The translations under genes were made by a program, and so were the position numbers. A stretch of 45,962 bases of DNA from Opitutaceae bacterium (GTDB taxonomy: Bacteria > Verrucomicrobiota > Verrucomicrobiia > Opitutales > Opitutaceae), in assembly GCA_027482505.1 (NCBI GenBank), contig JAIXVY010000199.1, forward strand, positions 1-45,962. The letters run 5' to 3'. Position 1 is the stretch's first letter; the number at the start of each line of letters is the position of its first letter. This document shows positions 9,255 to 17,886 of this stretch, piece after piece. Below the pieces are notes generated by a model. It had not been told where the DNA came from and searched no databases. It saw only the letters and a list, made by a program, of their open reading frames with translations.

Positions 9255-9424
9255 GGGAGGCAGGCAAGGGCGAGCAGGTGGTGGCGGAGGAAATCAGGCG
9301 GAGGTTGGCGCTTCAGAAGATGCTTATCGGCGACACCCGATGAATGACCGTCTTTGAACAGGGCCCAAGACCGAGCGAGGGCTTGGACAGGACGGGGGGA
9401 AGGAACATGGGAAAGAGTTTTTTC

Positions 9425-9454
9425 TTGTTGTATCGTAAACGTTATCCATAACGT
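9425..9454 (+). promoter_or_regulatory. Putative sigma70-type promoter with LacI-type operator in the spacer (copy 1)
   Basis: TTGTTG-18 nt-TAACGT, with GTAAACGTTATC (9435-9446) in the spacer. Same geometry as 17825-17854. Confidence 0.6.
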
Positions 9455-9805
9455 TTTCTAGTTCCCGTCAACCCCCCAAAAAAGCCCCATGTTCACCATC
9501 TGTGCCGCACTGTTTAGTCGCGATGGAGTGTGCGAGTTTTGCGCTCGTTTTGTCAGTCGTTTCGCCCGCTTCGCCCCAGTCGCTTAGCCTGCCTCGCGGG
9601 CATTGAACCATCGGTAAGCCACCGGCGAACGCCCTCCGTGCTTTTGTCACGGTGAACGTGATCGCCACGGCACCGAGTAAGGATCGTGCGTCGTCCCCTA
9701 TACGTTCCCCCCTTGAGTGAGGATCTCGCCGCCTGCCATCGCGCGCGATGTGTCCGAGCCATGACACCAGTCCTCTAGCCAAGTCTCTCAAACATATTGC
9801 TTCTC

Positions 9806-12800
9806 ATGAACCCACCCCCCCCAAAAAAACCCACCTTTCTCCGACAAGCGATTCGGATGACGCTAGTGGGCCTGATCGCAGGTCTCTCCTCCCTCCAGGC
9901 GGCGACGGTGACGCTAAAAGCAAGCGCGGACGTGCGCGTCTCACCAAACTTTCAGCTAAACCCCGCCAACACCGGTGACCTTGGCGTCGGGCCTCTCACG
10001 GCAACAAACTACCTCCGCACATTCCTGGCCTTCGATTTGACGTCGCTCACCTCCGCCAACGCTGCCGTTGACGTAAGGGTAAAGCTTTTCAATTCGGGCA
10101 GCGAAAGCAACACCTCCTCGCTCGCCCAGGTGTTCACGCTTTATCAGATCGCAAGCGACTGGAGCGGACTCATTGGCCCGGGCCCGGAAGGCACCACCCT
10201 CGCGACGATCAACATCACCGTCAGCAGCGGAACTGACACGAAGGATATCGAGTTCAGTAGCCCCGAACTGGTGGCCGCCTTCAACAATGCCATCGGCTCC
10301 AAGCTCTACCTCGGCATCAAGTCCGACAAAGAGGGCGCGGCGACTCGCAGCTTTGTGATCTTAAGTTCCACTGAGACCGGAGCGACTTTGGGCGGAAGAG
10401 AGCCTACGCTCACCGCATCCACCACCCCTCCGCCCACGATCTCGCTGGCGGTTTCCAAAACCAACATCGCGGAGCCGGGCCCGGACTCGACTTCCTTTAC
10501 GCTTACTCGCTCCGGAGACACCTCCTCAGCGTTGACTGTATCCTATGCTTTTAGCGGCACGGCCACTCGAAACAGCGACTACAACGAGTCCGGCTCAGGT
10601 TCGGTGACCTTTGCCCCCGGCGCTGCCACGGCCGACGTCGTGGTCTCGGTTTTGAACGACGCCGTCGCCGAGCGACTGGAGACCGTCATCATGACCGTGA
10701 CCTCCAACTCCGCCTACAAAGTTGGCACTCCCGCCTCGGCCATCGTCACGCTCACGGATAACAACGACGACAACAACGACGTGTTGCTGCGTTACATCTT
10801 CACCGACGCCAGCTCGACGGCATCGACGTTCTCGCGCAACGCGCAGGTGTATTCTACCGACGTGTCGGCCAGCGCCCTTACCGCCGGCACGGGCATCGGC
10901 ATCGGCGCCAGCGCCACGACGGTCTCCGCGCCCAACGCCGGTTACGTCGACTCGTTAAACACCGCCTCGACCGCGGCCGACGCCGTCACCAACCAAGATT
11001 ATTTCGAGTTCACCGTCACGCCGGCCTTCGGAAAATGCCTCACGCTCACCGAGCTCGAATTTTCGGCGCTCTATGCCCTCGTCACCAACACCGCCGCCGT
11101 GAACGGCACGGTCTTCGTGCGTTCGAGCCTCGATAACTACGCGACCGACCTGGTCTCCACCACCGTCGTCAGAAGCGAGCCCTACCGCGCCGTGAATATC
11201 CCGTTGGGCGCGGCATATTCTCAGGTTCTCACGCCGGTCACGTTCCGGTTCTACTTCTACGATGACACCGACACGGCGCAGGATGGCGTGCGCATCGATG
11301 ACATTTTCGTGCGCGGCAGCGCCAACCCGCTGCCTCCCGGAGCCCAGCAAGTCATCCTGACGGCGAGCGACGCGGATGCGGGCGAACCCTTTAATCCTGG
11401 AGAGTTCACCATCGCCCGTGCGGGCGACACCAGCGCTGCCGTGACGATTCGTTACAGCATCGAGGGAACCGCGGTGAACGGCACCGACTACACCCAGATC
11501 GCGGATCAAGTGATCCTCGGCGCCGGCGTATCCAGCGCCACGGTCACCATCATGCCAATCGATGAGCTCGCGCTCGAAGGCACGGAATCGGTCGCCCTGA
11601 CCTTGCTTGCTAGTAACGACTACACGGTCTTCACACCGTCTTCGGCCTCCCTTGCCATCGCTGACGACGAAGCGGCCCCGCTCCGGCCCACCACCGGCAC
11701 GCTCACTCTGATCCCAGCCACGACGACCTACAACCGGCTGTCCGTCACCATCACCGCAAACGGCGACCTCACCGCCACCGACACCCAAGCCACCGACGCC
11801 AGCGGCACCTTGATCAGTGTGTCGGACTCGAACGTAACCACGGGCGACACCCTGCGCTTCACCCTCATGACCAACGGCAAGACCGTGACGATGACGCCGA
11901 TGAATTTCGATCTGCGGGCGGGCGGTCTCTCCGTTGCCACGTTTGGCATCACCGACATCGCCGGCGCCGCCTTCACTGATTCGCCGCCCGGAGCGGTCAC
12001 CCCCAGCGGCACCGGCGCCAGCTTCGATGCCGGCCTGCATCGCCTGCTGATCAATCAGGGCAACATCACCGGCGAGCTGACCATCCCGCTCCAACCTTCC
12101 GCGCCGATCAACGACAACTTTGTCGACTCGCCGCTAAGCGGTCTCGGCAGCGGCACGGGCACCCTGGTCTTGACGCCCACCGTCCGCACCCAGTCCCAGC
12201 AGTTCTTCAATGCGGTGGTGACCCTGCCGGTGGATTTCACCCAGGTTGACACGATCTCCGGCACCCCGGTGACCATCCGCGTGCAAGGCACCTTGCGCGC
12301 CTCCGGCACGGTGTCCGCGCTGCTAGATCCAGCCGGAGACATCGCGAGCTGGGACTTCAACATCGGCACGACCTCCGCCGCGCGCCGCGCCGTCTCCGCC
12401 ACCGCGACGGGAGCCACCGTCTCCGCGCTCAACTTCAACGCCTCCTTCACCGACGCCGGCATCGATGTCTCCCCGGCGGTTCTCAACGACGGCTTCGGCT
12501 TTGGCACCAACGGCGGCGAACTTTCCCTCCGCCTCCGCCGGGCGAACTATCTGGATACCTCGGCCGTGCCCGATCCCCGGCCGACCGAACAATCCTACAC
12601 CTCGTGGGGCGACGGCGCCACGGCGGGCACGGGCGCCAATCTCGCGGCCAACGGAAACGCGCCCATCGCCTTCACCGTTACGGCCAACTCCGACGCCCCG
12701 ATCATCATCTCCAGCCTCACGGTGGACTGGGCCAGCAGCGGCCCCATCACCTTCCAGTTCCAGGAAGCCGGCGCCACCCCGGGTCCGTCCGTCACCGCCG

Positions 12801-13426
12801 CCGGCGTGCAAAACATGCGCTACGTTCTACCGCTGGCGGCGCAGGTCGTCATCGACCCGGGCCAGACCAAGACCTTCACCCTGAATCTCAACAGCGATGC
12901 CCTGGGCAGCGGCGGAAACATCGACGGAATCTACCTCAATGGTGTGTTCGCGTCGGCGAGCGCTCCCGACCCCTACCAAACATGGTCGCAGGCCAACGGA
13001 TTGACCGCAGGGGTAAACGACGGCTTCGAGGCCAACCCCGACCTAGACGCGTTCCCCAACGGGCTGGAGTGGATCCTTGGTGGAAACACGGCGCTGGCAA
13101 CGGATCGCACGGGCTTCGGCACCACCAATGAGCTGCTCAACATGACGGTGGATGCCAGCCGCAACCTTGTGTTCACCTTCCGGCGAATCGACGAGTCGGA
13201 GGGACTGGCCACTTTGAAGGTGTTGTTCAGCAATGACCTTTTCATCTCGGACAACCACGAGGTGACGATCGGCGCGGCCGGCCCGCTGGGCGCCCCGCCC
13301 GCCGGCGTCACGCTTGAGATCATCGAAAACAGCGGCGCTCCCGACCAGATCACGGTGACCATCCCCGCCTCCTATTCGGGCTCCACCCAGCGTCTCTTCG
13401 GCCGCCTGCAAGCTACCAAGCCGTGA
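9806..13426 (+). CDS. Large secreted/surface protein with two Calx-beta-like domains and a C-terminal putative sorting domain
   Basis: Signal-like MTLVGLIAGLSSLQA/AT. N-terminal DNRLRE-like segment (LRTFLAFDLTSL). Two Calx-beta-like repeats (FTLTRSGDTS..LTVSY..SGTA..SDY; FTIARAGDTS..VTIRY..EGTA..GTDY). C-terminus DLDAFPNGLEWILGG...LFGRLQA. Start 9806 or 9857. Confidence 0.8.
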   Translation: MNPPPPKKPTFLRQAIRMTLVGLIAGLSSLQAATVTLKASADVRVSPNFQLNPANTGDLGVGPLTATNYLRTFLAFDLTSLTSANAAVDVRVKLFNSGSESNTSSLAQVFTLYQIASDWSGLIGPGPEGTTLATINITVSSGTDTKDIEFSSPELVAAFNNAIGSKLYLGIKSDKEGAATRSFVILSSTETGATLGGREPTLTASTTPPPTISLAVSKTNIAEPGPDSTSFTLTRSGDTSSALTVSYAFSGTATRNSDYNESGSGSVTFAPGAATADVVVSVLNDAVAERLETVIMTVTSNSAYKVGTPASAIVTLTDNNDDNNDVLLRYIFTDASSTASTFSRNAQVYSTDVSASALTAGTGIGIGASATTVSAPNAGYVDSLNTASTAADAVTNQDYFEFTVTPAFGKCLTLTELEFSALYALVTNTAAVNGTVFVRSSLDNYATDLVSTTVVRSEPYRAVNIPLGAAYSQVLTPVTFRFYFYDDTDTAQDGVRIDDIFVRGSANPLPPGAQQVILTASDADAGEPFNPGEFTIARAGDTSAAVTIRYSIEGTAVNGTDYTQIADQVILGAGVSSATVTIMPIDELALEGTESVALTLLASNDYTVFTPSSASLAIADDEAAPLRPTTGTLTLIPATTTYNRLSVTITANGDLTATDTQATDASGTLISVSDSNVTTGDTLRFTLMTNGKTVTMTPMNFDLRAGGLSVATFGITDIAGAAFTDSPPGAVTPSGTGASFDAGLHRLLINQGNITGELTIPLQPSAPINDNFVDSPLSGLGSGTGTLVLTPTVRTQSQQFFNAVVTLPVDFTQVDTISGTPVTIRVQGTLRASGTVSALLDPAGDIASWDFNIGTTSAARRAVSATATGATVSALNFNASFTDAGIDVSPAVLNDGFGFGTNGGELSLRLRRANYLDTSAVPDPRPTEQSYTSWGDGATAGTGANLAANGNAPIAFTVTANSDAPIIISSLTVDWASSGPITFQFQEAGATPGPSVTAAGVQNMRYVLPLAAQVVIDPGQTKTFTLNLNSDALGSGGNIDGIYLNGVFASASAPDPYQTWSQANGLTAGVNDGFEANPDLDAFPNGLEWILGGNTALATDRTGFGTTNELLNMTVDASRNLVFTFRRIDESEGLATLKVLFSNDLFISDNHEVTIGAAGPLGAPPAGVTLEIIENSGAPDQITVTIPASYSGSTQRLFGRLQATKP

Positions 13427-13524
13427 ACATGCGGGCCTGGGCGGCCATCGCGCGCTCGTCATGTAACGAGATTCCCGATACGCCCGGGCCCCCGCCTTGT
13501 TCGGCCACCCCGGCCGCCCGACCT

Positions 13525-14418
13525 TCACTTCCGCTCTTCGGAACGGAAGTAGAAGAACATGAAAACATACATAAGGCAGGTGAGCACATGCCACAGGGCG
13601 TGGCCTTGGAACAGCGAGTCGGGGCCCGTGAATTTGTCCGTGATGTCCAAGGCGCGGATCATGGCGCCAAGCCCGAGGGCCAGCAGCGCCGCGAAAAACC
13701 AGCGGATCTGAAGGTGTTTCCCGGGGCGCGCCAGACTCACGCCGGCGAAGACAAAGAGCACTCCGAACATATATCGCGAGATATCGGAAAAGGAATAATC
13801 CCACTTGTGGTAGGTAAAACACACCGAACCCGCCAGCACCAGGCCCGCCCACAGCGGCCAGGTGGGCCAACCGCGCGACGCCCTTGTTTGCGGCCACCAA
13901 CTGCCAAGCGCGAAGGAGGCCAGGCAAAACAGGGTCGCATACATCGCGCCCACGTCGCACTGCTGCCCATGGCGAGTCAGGGAAGCGTGGAAAAATCCGC
14001 TGCCGAATCCGAGATAAAGGCCCGCCAGTCCGAACAAAAAAGTCTGCGCCGGGGCGACCATCGGGTAACCGCGTTCCAATGGAAGTTTTCGTCTCCAGTC
14101 GTGGACTGCGAGGGCGATGGCATAAAAACCGAAGCAGATATACACCAGGTTCGACCACGTGTTCATCCGGGTGCGAAACACGCTGTCGGGGTAGATGCGC
14201 TCACTGTATTTGGGGTGGGTAAACTCCCTCGCCGGCACCCAGTCCGCCCAGACCGGCACGTCGTGAAACCGCGCGTAAATCACCAGCAGGAGCACGAAGA
14301 CCAGGAGCGTTCCGCCGAGGCCGACCACGTGAACCCAGCGCGGCAGACGATCCAGCTTCAGTCGCTCGGTCGATTTCATCCGCAGGCGTTTTTCGAGGGA
14401 GTCCGAGGTGTGCTTCAT
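13525..14418 (-). CDS. CREST-superfamily (alkaline ceramidase-like) integral membrane hydrolase
   Basis: Several TM segments. NTWSN, GSGFFHAS (SxxxH), QQCDV (conserved D), GHALWH (HxxxH). Start MKHTSD at 14418. Confidence 0.75.
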   Translation of the reverse strand: MKHTSDSLEKRLRMKSTERLKLDRLPRWVHVVGLGGTLLVFVLLLVIYARFHDVPVWADWVPAREFTHPKYSERIYPDSVFRTRMNTWSNLVYICFGFYAIALAVHDWRRKLPLERGYPMVAPAQTFLFGLAGLYLGFGSGFFHASLTRHGQQCDVGAMYATLFCLASFALGSWWPQTRASRGWPTWPLWAGLVLAGSVCFTYHKWDYSFSDISRYMFGVLFVFAGVSLARPGKHLQIRWFFAALLALGLGAMIRALDITDKFTGPDSLFQGHALWHVLTCLMYVFMFFYFRSEERK

Positions 14419-14727
14419 GGGTTTTTGATTTCGCCCGCGCGCGGCGCGCACGGACGTATTCACTTTTCGGATGCATTTCCAAGGATAATGTCCCCCGACG
14501 GAGAAAACCGCGCGTTTCCCGCCCCGCGCGACAAGGGGCCGCGGGCGTTCTTTTCGCGCCCGAGCGGCACCACGCGATCGGCCCCTGCCCAGCGACCGAC
14601 GTGGGAATCGGCGCCGGTGCGGTCGGCGCGCCGGCGGAGAAGCGCGACGCGACTTCACAAGTCTCGTGCGCGATTCCGTCTGGGAAATCGGGGCATTGCC
14701 GCCTAGGATTAAACGAAGGTTCCCCCG

Positions 14728-16629
14728 ATGTCATACCCGCTGCCCCTGCCTCGCATCCCATTGTTTTCATTCCTCTCGTTTCTCTTCGCCTTTGGCATGA
14801 CCGGAGCGTCTTCCTGGGCCGCGAAGACCTGGTTCGTCTCCGCCGGATCCGCCTCCGGAGGCGACGGATCCGGCTGGGACCGCGCCCTGCCCGCGCTCGC
14901 TCCGGCCCTCGCCGCCGCGACTCCCGGCGACACGATCTGGTTGCGCGCCGGAACTTACATGATCGACGAAACGGCGCGCATCCCGTCCGGCGTTTCGCTT
15001 TATGGCGGCTTCGAGGGCACGGAGTCGTCGCCCGCGGCTCGACGCGCGATCAACTTTGCGAATGAAACATTCCTGCGGATCCGCAGCGCCGACGCGAGCG
15101 TCGTAGAAATCCGAGACGGTCGCGATATCCGTCTCGACGGCCTCACGCTTACCGGGGCAAACGGCAAACCCGGCGTGGTCCTGCTGCGTTGCGCTCCGAC
15201 GGTCGTGCTCGCGAACTGCCGCATCGCGCGCAACACGGCGCCGGAACCCGGGGCCGGTTTGTCCATCCGCGAACAGAGCCATCCTCGCCTGCGCAACGTC
15301 CAGGTCTGCGACAACCACGCCACCGGCGCCGCTGGCGGCGGCGGTTTTTTCGTCGATTCCACCTCTTCGGTCGATTGGCACCACGGTATCATCAACGGCA
15401 ACATCGCCGATGGTCCGAAAGGCGGCGGAGCCCTTATTTTGAATGTCTCGGCCGCGACGTCCACGCTGCTGCGAAACTGCGACTTTTACTTCAACGAAGC
15501 CGGCGAGAGCGGCAGCGCCTTGGCGTTGACCGGAAAACTGGAACTCCGTGATTCCGTGCTTTGCTCCAACCTCGCCCGAGCCGCGGTTCCCGGCGCCCCG
15601 GCGATCGCGGAGGGAGATCGCGCGCAGGTTGTGCTAAGTGGCGAAACCTACGTCACCGGCAACCTCGCCGACCGCCACCAGCCGCGCTTCTCGAATGAAA
15701 TCGCGGGGGCGGATCGGTGCGAGCTGCGCGACGCGGCGCGCATCTCCACCGATCAAAAGGGACCGGCCCAGCTCTCGCTGTTCACCAATCGCAACGACCT
15801 GCACACGATCATGCGGGACTATTTCGAGCCGCCGCTCTCCACCGGCGAGCCCCGGCCCGGCCAGTTGGTGAAGCAAACTCTACCAGCCTACGCCGGCTCG
15901 GCGGCCTATCACTGCGTTTACCTGCCGGCCGATTGGCAGCCGGGCCGCAGCTATCCGCTGCTGGTCGGCTTCCCGGGAAACGGTCCCTACGTCAATCGAG
16001 TCGGCGACCGCAGCGGCGGTTTGCCCGAGGACAATCCGCTGGGCGTGGGCCTGTCGGGAGGAAACGGATACATCGTGCTCAGTCTCGGCTACCTCGACTC
16101 GCGAAAGAACCTTCAGCCCGCCGGCTGGTGGTGGGGCGACGTGCAGGCGACCATCGCCTACACGAAAGAGGCGGTGAGTTTCATGGGCGAAAAGTATGGC
16201 GCCGATCTCTCGCGGGTCGTGCTCATCGGATTTTCGCGTTCCGCGATCGGGGCCAGTTTCATCGGTCTGCACGACGACACGATCGCGCCGCTATGGACAG
16301 GTATTCTCTGCTACGACGGCTGGGAATCGCAGGCCGACATGACCCGCAACTGGTATCGCCACGACCAAGCGAGCTACAACTACGACTTGGATGATTTCGG
16401 CGGCACGGGCGCGGCGCGACGATTCCAGCGCCTCGCCGGGCGACCGCTTCTCATCGTGGGCGGCCGCGGCGACATCGTTAACCTCAGCGCCCAGGTTCAG
16501 TGGCCGATCGAGTTGCTCGCGAAAACCCACCGCAACCACAACGTCTCCTGGGCCTTCCGCGACACTCCCGAGCGTGCCGCCGCCCGCGCATGGCTGACCC
16601 GGGTGCTGACCGTGCGCGCTCGCCTGTAG
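14728..16629 (+). CDS. Secreted fusion: N-terminal parallel beta-helix (pectin-lyase-like) domain + C-terminal alpha/beta-hydrolase
   Basis: Signal peptide ending SWA/AKT. WFVS...GDGSGWDRAL...GDTIWLRAGTY, LYGGFEGTE, N-x-A..GGG repeats. C-terminal VYLPADWQPGRSYPLLVGFPG, DLSRVVLIGFSRSA (nucleophile elbow), HRNHN. Confidence 0.7.
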   Translation: MSYPLPLPRIPLFSFLSFLFAFGMTGASSWAAKTWFVSAGSASGGDGSGWDRALPALAPALAAATPGDTIWLRAGTYMIDETARIPSGVSLYGGFEGTESSPAARRAINFANETFLRIRSADASVVEIRDGRDIRLDGLTLTGANGKPGVVLLRCAPTVVLANCRIARNTAPEPGAGLSIREQSHPRLRNVQVCDNHATGAAGGGGFFVDSTSSVDWHHGIINGNIADGPKGGGALILNVSAATSTLLRNCDFYFNEAGESGSALALTGKLELRDSVLCSNLARAAVPGAPAIAEGDRAQVVLSGETYVTGNLADRHQPRFSNEIAGADRCELRDAARISTDQKGPAQLSLFTNRNDLHTIMRDYFEPPLSTGEPRPGQLVKQTLPAYAGSAAYHCVYLPADWQPGRSYPLLVGFPGNGPYVNRVGDRSGGLPEDNPLGVGLSGGNGYIVLSLGYLDSRKNLQPAGWWWGDVQATIAYTKEAVSFMGEKYGADLSRVVLIGFSRSAIGASFIGLHDDTIAPLWTGILCYDGWESQADMTRNWYRHDQASYNYDLDDFGGTGAARRFQRLAGRPLLIVGGRGDIVNLSAQVQWPIELLAKTHRNHNVSWAFRDTPERAAARAWLTRVLTVRARL

Positions 16630-16659
16630 CTGAGTCGCTTGTCTCCCCCGCGAGGCCGA

Positions 16660-17793
16660 CTAGTCCTTGCGTGGCGCGAGCCCGCACGAGGTGCGTTTGA
16701 CGAAATTCGCGCGCACTCGCGGCTCTTCCATTTCTGCGCCGGCGAGCATCGGGTTGTCGAGTAGGCGCATCGCGGCGTCGAAAACCGCGCCCACCAACAA
16801 ATCCAGGTGCATGTCGAAAGTGGTGAGCGGCGGCTGTTGTTCCGCCGCGATGGGCAGGTTGTCAAAGCCGGTGACACTCAAATCCCGAGGCACGCTCAAG
16901 CCTGCCTCCCGCGCCGCTTCCAAGCCGCCGCACGCCAGCCAGTCCGACGCGAACACCATCGCGCTTGGGCGTCGCGCCGCATTCGCGAGCACGGGCGCCA
17001 GCGCGCCCGCCGCGCCGTTCACGTTCAGCCGATCCGCCGGCAGCTCCACGCGCCATTCGGACGGAGATTCGAGGGAAAACTCGTTCACCGCCTCGGCGAA
17101 ACCCTCGTGAAATCCTCGGTGATGCAGCTCCGTTTCCGGCCCCGCCACCAAGCCCACCCGCCGATGCCCGAGCGCCGCCAAATAAAGCACCGCCTCATAG
17201 GCCGCCGTGTGCGTGTCCACCCGCACCGGAACCACCCGACCCGCCCGCATCCATCCCTGAAGCGCCACCGTCGGCAGTCCGCGCTGGGCGAGCATCTCGA
17301 AGGTGCCCGCCTCGAAGTGGCCGTAGGTGATCGCCGCGTCGAATTCGCCCGCTTCGCAGCGCTCGGCCACGTCGGCGTCGTTGCGATACTCCACAACCTT
17401 AAACTCGAGCCCCCGCTTTTGCGCTTCCGCCCGCAGGGCATCCACCGTCGCCACGGCCGCCGGGTTGATTTCCCCTCCCGGCCCAACGAATGGGGCGAAG
17501 AGCAAGGCCACGCGCCAAAGCGGATGCGACTTCAGGCGCCGCGCCGCGGCGTCAGGCACGTAGCCAACACGCTTCGCCGCCGCGATCACGCGCTCGCGCG
17601 TCGAGGGATCGACGCCGTAGCGGTTGTTCATCGCCCGTGACACCGTGCCCACGCTAATCCCAAGCTCAGCCGCGATTTGCTTTATTCCCACCTGACGCTC
17701 GCGGATCGCTCCGCGTCGGCCGCGTGCATGCAAATTGTCGCCCTCTGGGCTCTGTAAGACCTGTTTTGGCATCACGTTGAACACAGAATCCAT
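16660..17793 (-). CDS. LacI-family transcriptional regulator
   Basis: HTH VGIKQIAAELGISVGTVSRAMN..GVDPSTRERV....GYVPDAAARRL. C-terminal YLAALGHRRVG, VPRDLSVTGFDN, PPLTT. Start 17793 or 17772. Confidence 0.93.
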   Translation of the reverse strand: MDSVFNVMPKQVLQSPEGDNLHARGRRGAIRERQVGIKQIAAELGISVGTVSRAMNNRYGVDPSTRERVIAAAKRVGYVPDAAARRLKSHPLWRVALLFAPFVGPGGEINPAAVATVDALRAEAQKRGLEFKVVEYRNDADVAERCEAGEFDAAITYGHFEAGTFEMLAQRGLPTVALQGWMRAGRVVPVRVDTHTAAYEAVLYLAALGHRRVGLVAGPETELHHRGFHEGFAEAVNEFSLESPSEWRVELPADRLNVNGAAGALAPVLANAARRPSAMVFASDWLACGGLEAAREAGLSVPRDLSVTGFDNLPIAAEQQPPLTTFDMHLDLLVGAVFDAAMRLLDNPMLAGAEMEEPRVRANFVKRTSCGLAPRKD

Positions 17794-17824
17794 GGTCTCG
17801 CTTATTAAACAAAGCATTTTTTCC

Positions 17825-17854
17825 TTGGCGAATCGTAAACGTTTACCATAACCT
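17825..17854 (+). promoter_or_regulatory. Putative promoter with perfect LacI-type palindromic operator (copy 2)
   Basis: TTGGCG-18 nt-TAACCT, with the perfect palindrome GTAAACGTTTAC at 17835-17846, between the divergent LacI and PEP-CTERM genes. Confidence 0.75.
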
Positions 17855-17886
17855 TTCCGAAGCAGCCCCAAAACCCAGCCTACCCC

